Below are positions 8,943-19,142 of a stretch of DNA of 64,000 nt, one piece after another; position 1 is the first letter of the stretch, and each line of letters starts with the position of its first letter. The stretch lies in IMG/VR virus record IMGVR_UViG_3300020576_002679; one strand, given 5' to 3'. This DNA comes from an uncultured virus (IMG/VR IMGVR_UViG_3300020576_002679) (Duplodnaviria; Heunggongvirae; Uroviricota; Caudoviricetes). The notes beneath the pieces are model-generated. The model was given only the letters and a program-made list of their open reading frames with translations, was not told the origin of the DNA and did no database searches. The position numbers and the translations under genes are program-made.

Positions 8943-10486
8943 GGATATTTCTTCTTAGATGTTGGCGCTGCAGTAGCAGGGTCCAAAACTGTCTTTACAA
9001 TATTAGCAAAATCAATCTTACCGTAATTAGCAGGATTAAGATTGTTGATAGTTTCCGCCTGCTGTTCTACATTTTCCAGTTTGTAATCAGGGCTCAATTT
9101 ATCAACTTCGGGAGTATATGGATCTACACTACCGCCTTTCCATGCTTTTAATTTTTTCACACGGTCCTGATACGCTTTAATATACTGCTGCGCATCTTTT
9201 CCGTATTTCGAATTTATCATCGGATAAATCAAATCATTAGCATCATTGGTAGTTACATAGCCATTATCGTCTACAATACCCTTACCTGCCATTGCTTCTG
9301 TGCCGGTAGTTTTATACTTGATGATAGGCCGCCCTTCCGCAGTCTTACCCATGTGCTGAACTGAAACAATAAATGAAGGGACTTCAACTCCCATTTCATT
9401 TATATAAGTGCCGGCTCTTTCACCTACACCATACTGCGAATACTTACCGTCCGCTCTTTGCTGAAAAATACTTTCATCACCTCTAGCAAGCAATAGGTAC
9501 CTGTCAATATCTGACTGGAAATTTTGAGTTATCTGCCTTTGGCCTGCACCGGTTTTAGCTGCTTCTTTGGTAAACTCTGTTTCTCCCTTGAAATTCTTTT
9601 GCGTCCATCCGAACGGCTCTAGCAATGTATATGCGTAGTAATCTTCTGCCGATATTGGATTGCCGTTTTTGGTTGCTGTTTCAGCTATAGACTTGAACTC
9701 ATCCTGAACGCTAGGAGGGAACTGTGAATATTTATCCATTACATAATCACGAAAATCGGGATTATGGCGGAGCGTTAGATTTGCCGCTTCTTGAATTTTA
9801 GGAAACGACTTCATAGCCGGGTCCCATTCACTAAACCCCTTTACCTCAATAATCTTACCGCCCTCAGTAGTTACCTTTGCATCGGGAGTAAACTCTCCTG
9901 TTTTTTCATCAAATAACCCCTTCGCCCATGATTCAAAATTCCAATCTTTAGGATGAAGCAAAGGCTCATTTGAATGTAAAGCAGCAACTAATGGTTGGTC
10001 TGCATACTTCTTTATACTGGCTACTGATTTTTCCCAATCATACTTACTAGGGTCTTTATACAATGCTTCCGAAGCCGCTTTAAGTTTATTATTCAAATCT
10101 ATTGAAGCATCTACCATAACTTCATAGCCTCGCTTAATAGTTTGTGCATGTGCGTTATCCTTTGCAAAATCAGGATTGTCCGGGTTTACACCTTTCTCAA
10201 TAGCATTAGCATAAAACTGACTAAGAGTTTGTTTACCTCCATGAAAATACTCAGCATCGTTAGCCCTTATACCATTTGTGCTGAAATCAATTTCACCAAT
10301 GGCCGCTTTGATACGCGCTCGCTTTGCCGCGTCTTCTGCTGCCCTGTCTGCGGATATTTGTTTAGCAATACTATACGACTGCTTAAACATTTCCATTGGG
10401 TCTAATGCCTCATCAGGTCCAACAACGGCACCAACGCCTCCTGTGGATGCGCGATAAGGTCCTTCTGAATTTACTATTGGTAGCAT
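8930..10486 (-). CDS. Putative internal virion/ejection protein
   Basis: 518-aa helical-looking ORF between the small ejection-type gene and the giant gene; assignment is positional. Confidence 0.55.
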   Translation of the reverse strand: MLPIVNSEGPYRASTGGVGAVVGPDEALDPMEMFKQSYSIAKQISADRAAEDAAKRARIKAAIGEIDFSTNGIRANDAEYFHGGKQTLSQFYANAIEKGVNPDNPDFAKDNAHAQTIKRGYEVMVDASIDLNNKLKAASEALYKDPSKYDWEKSVASIKKYADQPLVAALHSNEPLLHPKDWNFESWAKGLFDEKTGEFTPDAKVTTEGGKIIEVKGFSEWDPAMKSFPKIQEAANLTLRHNPDFRDYVMDKYSQFPPSVQDEFKSIAETATKNGNPISAEDYYAYTLLEPFGWTQKNFKGETEFTKEAAKTGAGQRQITQNFQSDIDRYLLLARGDESIFQQRADGKYSQYGVGERAGTYINEMGVEVPSFIVSVQHMGKTAEGRPIIKYKTTGTEAMAGKGIVDDNGYVTTNDANDLIYPMINSKYGKDAQQYIKAYQDRVKKLKAWKGGSVDPYTPEVDKLSPDYKLENVEQQAETINNLNPANYGKIDFANIVKTVLDPATAAPTSKKKYPWQQ

Positions 10487-11494
10487 TTATCTTGGTCTTA
10501 CAAATGATTGTCCTAAATAAGAATTTAAGTCTTGTGGCGCATACTCTTCACCTTTCATAGAAAGATATTTACTCATTGCATCTTTTGTTACAGGTCCGTA
10601 TCTTCCATCCACTGAACCGGTATAATATCCCATCCCTTTCAAGAAGCCCTGAATAGATTTTACATCACGTAAGCTGCCTGTTGGCTCTAGTCCAATTTCT
10701 TTAAGTATTGTCATTGCCCCATTTTCTTCTTCGGGCGTAACCATTATACCCTCGTCATTGGTATAATTTGTCATGGACGGCTTAATGCCATTTTGTAAAT
10801 AGTTTTGATTATCGAATTGAGTAGGTGCGGCATCGGCTACTGGAGTTGACGCATCTTTACCAAATACAGAAGTATATTCTCCAGTTGATGTAGATGGAGA
10901 ACCTGCCGCGGCTCCCAAAATACCCGTAAATGCACCAGTTATACCGCTTGTCAACTGATTATCGGCATTGGTTTTATTAGCAGTAGCGGCAGTTTCTAAA
11001 TCATTGGCCTGCTTATATAACTCATCTTGTTGTTGGCGCTTAATAGCTTCATTCCTACTTTGCTCCTGACCGATTATAGTCTTCATGCCAATAAGCTGAT
11101 TGAGTGAATTGGCCCGATAGTTAGCATCTGATGTTTGCAGGTTTCTCACTGCCTGATTTTCCTGTCCGTAAAGCCCGGATAAAAAAGCTAAATAATCTCC
11201 ACCGGATAGAGCGGCCTGCTTTCCTTTAGCTGCCATGTCTGCCATGTTGCCTGAGATACCTTCCTCATATTGCGCATACCCGGGAAGTCCTTTCATAAGT
11301 CCTATTTCCCGCATCTTCTGTGCTTCCAGGTATGCAGGACTTACTTTTGGTGCACGAAGTTTCATAGCCTCCGCTCGTAGCTCACCTTGACGCTTCATTT
11401 GTTCACGCGCTAGCTTACGGTTATTGGAAGATTTGGCGATAGATGTTATCGCTGTTACTCCTGCCATTACCGCTGCCGCTACCATTGGTGTCAT
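10487..11494 (-). CDS. Putative ejection (pilot-type) protein with C-terminal peptidoglycan-binding domain
   Basis: Ala/Gly hydrophobic N-terminus, Q-rich coiled coil, second Gly/Ala segment. C-terminal VKSIQGFLKGMGYYTGSVDGRYGPVTKDAM fits the PG_binding_1 pattern. Confidence 0.65.
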   Translation of the reverse strand: MTPMVAAAVMAGVTAITSIAKSSNNRKLAREQMKRQGELRAEAMKLRAPKVSPAYLEAQKMREIGLMKGLPGYAQYEEGISGNMADMAAKGKQAALSGGDYLAFLSGLYGQENQAVRNLQTSDANYRANSLNQLIGMKTIIGQEQSRNEAIKRQQQDELYKQANDLETAATANKTNADNQLTSGITGAFTGILGAAAGSPSTSTGEYTSVFGKDASTPVADAAPTQFDNQNYLQNGIKPSMTNYTNDEGIMVTPEEENGAMTILKEIGLEPTGSLRDVKSIQGFLKGMGYYTGSVDGRYGPVTKDAMSKYLSMKGEEYAPQDLNSYLGQSFVRPR

Positions 11495-11495
11495 C

Positions 11496-11852
11496 CTAAT
11501 AGGTTTCTTTTACTAAATACTTTTGATCCTCTCCATTTTCCCGTATCATCTTGTTACATTCCCTACCATTCAATTCATAATACTGCTTTCTGCTTTGCTT
11601 TTCTTTAGCAAACCTTCTAAACGATTTATTTACCGAGCAAACGTCCGGCTTGTTACCGTAAACATCGCATTGCCTAGTTTCTTCGTTATACTTCTCACAA
11701 GCCCCTCCTTTAAAACCGTACGGGAAATTAACTAATGCTTTTTGCAATTCCGATAATTTTCTCCCACTTTCTTTAACGGTACGGGCACTCTCTACGGCCT
11801 TCTTCGCCATTACCTTACAACACAAACCACAACCCGAACATTCAAATTCCAT
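11496..11852 (-). CDS. YkgJ-family cysteine-cluster (Zn/Fe-S) protein
   Basis: FECSGCGLCC...ACEKY...CDVYGNKPDVC. Probable start is MEFEC at 11852 rather than the track start. Confidence 0.8.
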   Translation of the reverse strand: MEFECSGCGLCCKVMAKKAVESARTVKESGRKLSELQKALVNFPYGFKGGACEKYNEETRQCDVYGNKPDVCSVNKSFRRFAKEKQSRKQYYELNGRECNKMIRENGEDQKYLVKETY

Positions 11853-11865
11853 AACGCCAAAAATA

Positions 11866-14800
11866 CTAATTAGTATTTCGTTCTGAAATTTCAACGCCAA
11901 CAAATACACTCCGCAAATCAAAATCACCTGTATAGTCATTCTCCATAAGAACCGTAAGAGTTGAACTACGCAAGTTCTTACCGTTCAGAATTGCATTAGG
12001 TCCGCCTCCCGGAGTATTTATATCAAACTTAAATTCAGAATGGAAATATTCCTCCTTTTTCTTGAATAAATTGTTTTTAACCCGTGACAGTTGCCCGTTT
12101 TTATTAGTCACAACCGGACATGACCAGTTAGATTTTCCATCCGACTGCTTCGCATTTATACTTATGGCTAACCATAGTTTAACGGAAGCATTTTCATTGA
12201 ATATCGGCTTAAGCTGTGAAGTATATTGCACTCCATAGAAGTTATTGTGAACTGCATTTTTATCGTGAATCCACAACTTACCATCTTTAATCGAAACAAT
12301 ATCTTTATCAATAGAACCGTAAGCCTCGGGCATGAAGGTATATCGAGTAGCGAATTTATTTTTCGGCTCACAGAATGAAATAGTCTTCCCCTCTCCCTGA
12401 TAATAAATAATAACCTCAGAATTTGCATCCGCATCAAGATTAAACCCTACCTGATACGTCAAACCACCATTAACAGTATCTAATGAACCTACAATAAAAT
12501 AACCGGTTTTTGTTTCCCCGTTTTTTCGATAGCTAAGATAAACCTCATCGGTAACCTTCACGTAATCTGTAATATTTTTATTGATAGTCACATTGTGCAA
12601 TCCTGCATTACCAGGACCATAAGAACCGGAAGCCTCTCTCTTGTCATAAATGGTTATAATATACTCTTTGTATAACCTATCCATTACAGCATTAGCAAAC
12701 CAAACTCCGTTCCGCTGATAATAGCCGAAATAGCTTCTCATTTTAGCCTGTGTGCTGATTTCAGTTTGTCCGTTTCCTGCATAACGCCATAACACACCCC
12801 TTCGCGCATCAAGACCATAAACATATCCATCGAACTCTTTTATAGTTTCAGGGTTTTGCGTTCCTAACTCCTGTTGTAAAGGACGAGTATCACCTAAGAA
12901 CTGCCCGGTGAGCGCCTGAAGCGTTTCCCCCTCATTCGATTTTACAACAACACGCCCGATATAGTTTGATACAGTTCTGTTTTCACACACGGCCAATAGA
13001 ATAAATCCTGATGCAGCCAATTTGCGAATAGCACCATAACTCATATCTAACTTTCTATCGTCAATATTTCTAAAGGCACTTAGCCCATTATCGCGCGTAA
13101 CATACCCATCGGATATCCGAAGAATATTGCTTCTTCTAATCTCTCCAAACATAGGGTCAATCGCCCCTATTCTACCAATATCCTCATCATCACTAGGGAA
13201 GAAGTCATTTATCATAGGGCTTTCCATGAAGTGAATAACCTGTGTAATTAACGATACATCAGATAAATCTCTAATTGGTAAATTTCTCTTTACCCAATAG
13301 GTATCACCCCATGTAAACGCACCGTTTCGGACGCTGAAATCATTAGCATCTGTATCAGGTGCAGTAGTAGGAAAACATTCGCCACATTCAAAGAAACGCT
13401 CATCTTCCAATAGTTTACGTTTCGTGTATATCTCATACCTCCAACCAGTTTTAATTTCACCTAAATCATTGGTGTATTTCAGTTTTATCCATTGCCCGTC
13501 AGTGTAATACCCAATTACTTCAAAGTCATTGTATATAGGGAAAAGAACATCTTTCTCATTATATATAAATCGGATGCGGTCACCGATGGCAGGCAAATAA
13601 CCTACTTGACTATCGGGATGCTGACGGAAATATTCTGATATATTAGAGATATTAATCCAAATCTGAGTAGCATCAAAATTATCAAATGTGGTTTCTATTG
13701 GCTCTCCCTGTTGATTTTCAGCAAGCACATACTTAACATCATTCACTATCCACTGCAAGTAATTAGCAGTAAGTAAGTTTTCTGAACGGAGGAACTGATA
13801 ATGATGCGCCCATTTAGGCGGCTTGAAACTAAGCGGTATCAGCCAGTTAATTATAGGAGCTCCCTCTATTCCGTTCTCTGTAGGGAAAGGAATATCAACG
13901 GTTGCCAAATCAACACAAGTACAAAGTCTACCCGGTCCATCCTGAAAGCGCATAACCAGTTTGTACCTACTTCCGCGCTTCGCTGCCTTTATAAGTATTT
14001 CATTCAGAATGTTACCGATGATATCCCCTACATCAAAATGTGCAGTAGAAGAATATGGAGGAGGAGCAGTTGTAAGGTTTGCCCCAAATGGATTGATAAC
14101 CACGGTCAATTCATCTACTAAATCAAACAGAACAAAACAATCACCGGTATTAAATATTAATCTATCAATTCTTATAGCTACAGGTGCCGTAGAAGGAATC
14201 GTAAGGGGAAGATAACTTCCGTTAGGTGTACCGTTCAATCCTATCACATGAATGCCATCGGCAAAACATAGAATTTCAAAATCCCCGTCCTCTTGTGATT
14301 TTGCAGGGCGGGAGTTATAGGCTAGCACAGCATTAGCGCAGCAAATTCCATTGCCGTTCGCATCCTTTATAGTGCCAGTGATAACAGTAGAGTATTTAGG
14401 TCTATAATCAGTATTCGTATTTAGAAGCAATACCTCCCTGTCTACCTCAGTAATATCTATTGCTCCCGATATCGAGTTATTTACTGCCTGTCCTAACACG
14501 TTATAATAGTGCTCGTCAGGCAAAGACTGACTCCAGTTTCCTTGCCGCGCATTATTATAGATAAGCCCGGAACCAAACAACCCTTGGTCGAGAGTATCGC
14601 CTCCAGGTAGAATAATATTATCATATACCTGACCGATATCCCCGTAATATTTAGTATCAGCCCTTTTAGCTATTACCTGATCGTTAGCTCCCCATGCCCG
14701 AAGAAAGGCGGCTGTAATACCGCTGCCATAATACATCATAAAAAAGAAATATCCGTTATGGTCCGTATATGTTGCAAACGCACCATTTTCTAGAGTCTGC

Positions 14801-17016
14801 GGAAGATTATCATTGTAAATACTAAGCTGCCCCGGATCTATAGTTACAGTTTGCTTTTCAATACCTACGCACTTAGGCGTTTGCCCGAATACATTAAATA
14901 AAGGAATATCAAGAAGATACCCGTAGACATTCCGAACCACAATAGAATCATAGTTTGGTATCATCCGGTCAGCAATAAATATCTCTCCGAAATATTCGTC
15001 CTGCGTAACATCTATAATCATTTCCGTGGCACCTACATACGCACCATTCGCGTCTTCAATTCTGAAAACATTGGTAGAAGTAAGATGGTACAGGTTATTA
15101 CTGAGATTATAAACTTCACCGCGCTTAAGAACATCGCCATCGCTTACCAGGTGCGAGGCAATCCGTATAATGTGTTTCCCTTTCGGAAGCCTTATGGTTA
15201 CTGTTTGATATACATCACCAGTTAAAGGGTCCGTATTAAAGCGGGCTAAATAGTTCTTAATGTCATCCTTCTTTGAACCGGCAGTAAGAAAAGCTCCATT
15301 TTCATCTGTCTGCAAACCGCCCTCCTGCTTCTGTTTACTGATAGCCCAAAAAGGAGTTCCTGCACTATAAAGCAAAAAACCACCTAGAGGAAGCCATTGA
15401 TCCCAACCGGTTTGATTAGTGCTTACATTATCTTTAGATGCACCGCCCCATGTTGCATATTCTTCATTTTCATTCCTAACTACACACCCTCTCTTGTTAG
15501 TGCGCAGCATTACCGAGTTATTGAACTGACTTGAAAAGCCAACCATATACGGCATCTTACCGATGCCGGCACCATTTTTACTACTACCATCAAAGGCAGG
15601 GTTACATATTCTTATCTTAAAGGTAGCATCGTAATACTCAGGTTTTTGAACTTCCCTGTAGGTAATATTTGTTTCAATTTCAGCGCAATCAGGAGCATCA
15701 TAATCATCAAGCGGTGCTCCATAAACAATATGGTCCTCTATAAACTTCTGTGCATCGGCCTCCCGTGGCATACGGTCATATAATAATGCCGCATAAGATT
15801 CCGAAACTGATTGAGTAAGTAGCAGGTTATCGAATACATACTTTGCTTTAGGAACTCCATTTACTACATCATAAAACTCGCACGGCTCTAGCGATATTAC
15901 TTTTCTCCATACTCCCGCATTTCGGTCATGCACGTAAAGGATAATCTTCTTAATAATAACCCACATATCAGGGTCTATCGCATCATCATTGTTAAAGTCA
16001 ACTACGCAGGTGTTGAAATTATTTCGAAGAACATCATTACATACTTCATTATTAACTGCAATCTGCGAAATAGGACTCATTACACTTGTTTCGGCATCAT
16101 CATAGTAGTAAGCTGTCCTGAACTGCCAAACGTGATTCTTTACCAAGTTGTATTTCTTAGTTGCATCCTGAGCGTATTCGTAGTTTGGTTGACATGCCGG
16201 CTGCCATTTAGCCGCATCAAAATAGCGAGCTTTCAGATTAGGTCCATACCAATTATCCGCCACTACTTTATAGTCCGTGGCACTCCAAACAAACTTATAC
16301 TTATCGGCAGTCTTTTCTTTTATCTGCAAAGTGCAACCGCATGTTTCCGCTTCCAGGTAAGAAGATATCGCGCCAGTATTAATTTGATTAGCCAGTGACT
16401 CAAATGCCTGCTTTATAGTTTGGCCTATTGTAGTATATGCCGTTATCATAGCGATATTGGCATTAGTGTAGTAATCTTTTACGGTGATAGGAAAGGAGGC
16501 GGGAAGAACAGTGTATGAAGTAGGAAGAGTAATAGTCCATGATTTTTGCTTGAACGCTAGTCCTGCCTTTGTCATGTTTATTTTACGTGGCACCGGGTCA
16601 ATCCAGTATAGAAGCTCCCCTTTTACAACATCGGCACTATGTATAGAAGTGTGACGAGTCCACCCAAAATCAAACGTAATTACATTCTCAATCGTTCCGT
16701 ATGGCTGTCCGTTTTCAATCTTCTCAATAAAGTACCTGAGTATTTTATGGTTATTGTCTTCCGCCCACAAAAAATAAATGATGGACTTACCTATCTTATC
16801 CTCTACGGTACCTAGTGACTTATGTTTTACATTGCCTAGGTCATAACTAACCAACACATTACCTTTAACAGGTCCGGCAGTCTTCTCTATATTAAGATAA
16901 GTATATGAGTTGCGAATGTTTACCGCATCGCGGCAATCAATCGCCTCTACCGAGGCATCCTCCGAATCGGTATCAATACCCCCAATCGGAACATTTGTAA
17001 TAACGAGATGGCCCAT
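11866..17016 (-). CDS. Tail stabilisation/nozzle protein (crAss-like, P22 gp10-like) with large insertion
   Basis: 1716 aa. N-terminal GGIDTD...DAVNIR, WQFRTAYYYDDAETSVMSP, GTQNPET, and C-terminal HNNFYGVQY/KKEEYF/NGKNLR motifs, all typical of this family. Confidence 0.75.
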   Translation of the reverse strand: MGHLVITNVPIGGIDTDSEDASVEAIDCRDAVNIRNSYTYLNIEKTAGPVKGNVLVSYDLGNVKHKSLGTVEDKIGKSIIYFLWAEDNNHKILRYFIEKIENGQPYGTIENVITFDFGWTRHTSIHSADVVKGELLYWIDPVPRKINMTKAGLAFKQKSWTITLPTSYTVLPASFPITVKDYYTNANIAMITAYTTIGQTIKQAFESLANQINTGAISSYLEAETCGCTLQIKEKTADKYKFVWSATDYKVVADNWYGPNLKARYFDAAKWQPACQPNYEYAQDATKKYNLVKNHVWQFRTAYYYDDAETSVMSPISQIAVNNEVCNDVLRNNFNTCVVDFNNDDAIDPDMWVIIKKIILYVHDRNAGVWRKVISLEPCEFYDVVNGVPKAKYVFDNLLLTQSVSESYAALLYDRMPREADAQKFIEDHIVYGAPLDDYDAPDCAEIETNITYREVQKPEYYDATFKIRICNPAFDGSSKNGAGIGKMPYMVGFSSQFNNSVMLRTNKRGCVVRNENEEYATWGGASKDNVSTNQTGWDQWLPLGGFLLYSAGTPFWAISKQKQEGGLQTDENGAFLTAGSKKDDIKNYLARFNTDPLTGDVYQTVTIRLPKGKHIIRIASHLVSDGDVLKRGEVYNLSNNLYHLTSTNVFRIEDANGAYVGATEMIIDVTQDEYFGEIFIADRMIPNYDSIVVRNVYGYLLDIPLFNVFGQTPKCVGIEKQTVTIDPGQLSIYNDNLPQTLENGAFATYTDHNGYFFFMMYYGSGITAAFLRAWGANDQVIAKRADTKYYGDIGQVYDNIILPGGDTLDQGLFGSGLIYNNARQGNWSQSLPDEHYYNVLGQAVNNSISGAIDITEVDREVLLLNTNTDYRPKYSTVITGTIKDANGNGICCANAVLAYNSRPAKSQEDGDFEILCFADGIHVIGLNGTPNGSYLPLTIPSTAPVAIRIDRLIFNTGDCFVLFDLVDELTVVINPFGANLTTAPPPYSSTAHFDVGDIIGNILNEILIKAAKRGSRYKLVMRFQDGPGRLCTCVDLATVDIPFPTENGIEGAPIINWLIPLSFKPPKWAHHYQFLRSENLLTANYLQWIVNDVKYVLAENQQGEPIETTFDNFDATQIWINISNISEYFRQHPDSQVGYLPAIGDRIRFIYNEKDVLFPIYNDFEVIGYYTDGQWIKLKYTNDLGEIKTGWRYEIYTKRKLLEDERFFECGECFPTTAPDTDANDFSVRNGAFTWGDTYWVKRNLPIRDLSDVSLITQVIHFMESPMINDFFPSDDEDIGRIGAIDPMFGEIRRSNILRISDGYVTRDNGLSAFRNIDDRKLDMSYGAIRKLAASGFILLAVCENRTVSNYIGRVVVKSNEGETLQALTGQFLGDTRPLQQELGTQNPETIKEFDGYVYGLDARRGVLWRYAGNGQTEISTQAKMRSYFGYYQRNGVWFANAVMDRLYKEYIITIYDKREASGSYGPGNAGLHNVTINKNITDYVKVTDEVYLSYRKNGETKTGYFIVGSLDTVNGGLTYQVGFNLDADANSEVIIYYQGEGKTISFCEPKNKFATRYTFMPEAYGSIDKDIVSIKDGKLWIHDKNAVHNNFYGVQYTSQLKPIFNENASVKLWLAISINAKQSDGKSNWSCPVVTNKNGQLSRVKNNLFKKKEEYFHSEFKFDINTPGGGPNAILNGKNLRSSTLTVLMENDYTGDFDLRSVFVGVEISERNTN

Positions 17017-17820
17017 TTATCGTTTAGCTGCTTGATGAAATGATGAACGAACTATATCCAGTAATTCCGAAGCTGTGAGCGCGTTTATCTGTGCCACAAT
17101 CCGTTTTAAATTTCTCTGATATCTAAACCGGTGCATTTCCGTATCGCGCTTTTCCAATGGATCGCGGCTAAACATGCAGCGCTGCCAGTGAACATAATGG
17201 CGTAATGCTTTTATAGCAAAGTCAGGTATGTAAGCGTTACCTTTGTCAATGCCGCCATTAGAGCGATATTCCAGTATGATTTCTTTTGCGCAAAGGAACT
17301 TATCAAATTGAATAGTTCTGTCTGCATCATTAACCCGGAAGCCTGCATTATAGAAACCTGCACCTAACCCATAAATGCCGGCAGTAAACTGACCATTGTG
17401 GAACGAAGGTAAATAATACCACTGATTACCATACCAACCATCATTAAGATATCCGCCCGCACCAAAATTGCCATCCCTGCAGCATCTTTCCGCTTCCTTA
17501 ACAGCATCCAGGCAACAATCAACTTTAGGCGGAACAAGGCAAATCGTATCATTAGCCACAAAGTTGATGATATAACCATGCTCACATAAACCTACCTTTG
17601 TATAATCTTCATAATCATCCGGCAAGTCAACTGTTCCGTTTTTATTTACAGTAAGTCTTACTGATTTATATGTTTCCAAAACTCCTGACTCATTAAGGTC
17701 ACGAAAACCGTCTATAGCCCATTTAAGGAAACGGAGGTCATGCTTCGTAGAGTCAAGGTCAAGGTCTGCCTTACAACTAGCTACGATATACCATAAATCA
17801 AAAACTTTATCGGTTGCCAT
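17017..17820 (-). CDS. Tail tubular/ring protein
   Basis: VDLPDDYEDYTKVG and IILEYRSNG...YIPDFAIKAL motifs typical of crAss-like ring proteins; adjacent to the nozzle gene. Confidence 0.7.
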   Translation of the reverse strand: MATDKVFDLWYIVASCKADLDLDSTKHDLRFLKWAIDGFRDLNESGVLETYKSVRLTVNKNGTVDLPDDYEDYTKVGLCEHGYIINFVANDTICLVPPKVDCCLDAVKEAERCCRDGNFGAGGYLNDGWYGNQWYYLPSFHNGQFTAGIYGLGAGFYNAGFRVNDADRTIQFDKFLCAKEIILEYRSNGGIDKGNAYIPDFAIKALRHYVHWQRCMFSRDPLEKRDTEMHRFRYQRNLKRIVAQINALTASELLDIVRSSFHQAAKR

Positions 17821-18419
17821 TAGTCTTTATTTCCGTCATTGGTTTTATCCTCCTTAAATTGTTGCGCCTTTGGCGTATATTCTTTTACAACCATCTGCAA
17901 AACCACCTGCTCAATCTCATCACTAGAGAAAATATCTTCTTCCTCATTTATTTCAGATGCCCGGGGAATCATTCTAACTAAAACATCAGGCAATGCCTCA
18001 TCAATATTTTCAAACCAAATCTTACCGCCCTCTACAAAGTAACCTGTTTTACCGCCTAGCGCATCAACCTCTAATCCTTTGATAGTTGAAAGCATCCCAC
18101 TTTTTAAATTAATGTACGAAGTGTATTCGTCCTGTGAAGGACCAACCGACTTTATACCTGAGTTGCCTGCTAAATTCACAAATGCAGGCTCAACCGGTGC
18201 ACAAAATCTTCTCTGCCTTGCAGTGCTATATTCCACCTTTACTATGTATGGAACAAAAAAACCGTCAGGAATAGGCTGAACATTTCTAACATATGATGCC
18301 AGTATAGATGCTATCGCCACTTCTGTAGCGCCTAATACTTCCTGAATGCCTACGGAAAAATCTTGATCGTTGGCACCGCACATAGATAATACAAGCTCTG
18401 CGAATTTACCTGCTTTCAT
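17820..18419 (-). CDS. Virion ring/adaptor protein
   Basis: 199 aa, translationally coupled within the neck/tail operon. Confidence 0.55.
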   Translation of the reverse strand: MKAGKFAELVLSMCGANDQDFSVGIQEVLGATEVAIASILASYVRNVQPIPDGFFVPYIVKVEYSTARQRRFCAPVEPAFVNLAGNSGIKSVGPSQDEYTSYINLKSGMLSTIKGLEVDALGGKTGYFVEGGKIWFENIDEALPDVLVRMIPRASEINEEEDIFSSDEIEQVVLQMVVKEYTPKAQQFKEDKTNDGNKD

Positions 18420-19138
18420 TCTCCCCTGTTTTGTCTTTCCATTACTAATCTCACCAGTTCTTCTTCACGTATGTTAATACCGATATAACGGCAAATGCGA
18501 ATTATAAAATCATTCTGAGCAATAGCCGGCCATTCTAGTTGAACACTGCCTAATGCAACATATTTATCTTCATCGTTCACATTATCATAGTTCCTGAAAG
18601 GAGTTGCAGGATAGCGAAGATAAGCTAACCTGATACGCATAATTTCTTCCGGGTTTACCAAAATACCTAACCCGTAATAAGCGCCAATAGGATGCCTCAT
18701 AGTAGGAGGCTTTAAAAGACTAGGTAATCTGTCTGCTCTTTCTGCTTCAGTAACAAACTCTATCCTTCTCCATGTCTTTTTAATAACGGTGTCGTTGCAA
18801 TTCGTGTCTGCCACTTCAACGCGCATCATAGAAGAAAAGGCTGCATAATCATCGGGAATAGGGAAGTGCTCGTTAGCCGCCTTTGCAATAAATCTTACTT
18901 TGTGGAATGGGAAAAGAATATCGGTAATCTTTGTGCTAGACTGCCATGCGCGCCTAGGTACCGCTCCGTTATACTGAAATTCTTCGGGCAATCCCGCATG
19001 CACCTTAAACATTTCAAGGTTTATCATTTTCAGTAAATTATTGTACGCGTCAGGACCAACCGCTCCGCTTTGCTTTTTATTGCAGATGAAGTTTACCAGT
19101 TGATATATATCATCTACTGAATAAGCTGCGGGTGTCAT
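18416..19138 (-). CDS. Virion ring/head-tail adaptor protein
   Basis: SVDDIYQLVNFICNKKQSG, PIPDDY, AYLRYP and RYIGINIRE motifs typical of Bacteroidota podophage ring proteins. Confidence 0.7.
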   Translation of the reverse strand: MTPAAYSVDDIYQLVNFICNKKQSGAVGPDAYNNLLKMINLEMFKVHAGLPEEFQYNGAVPRRAWQSSTKITDILFPFHKVRFIAKAANEHFPIPDDYAAFSSMMRVEVADTNCNDTVIKKTWRRIEFVTEAERADRLPSLLKPPTMRHPIGAYYGLGILVNPEEIMRIRLAYLRYPATPFRNYDNVNDEDKYVALGSVQLEWPAIAQNDFIIRICRYIGINIREEELVRLVMERQNRGE

Positions 19139-19142
19139 TTAC

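Noticed and set aside
796..9151. Many plus-strand ORFs in the track over 1-9 kb
   Set aside because: Antisense shadows of the giant minus-strand gene; S/F-rich, no motifs.
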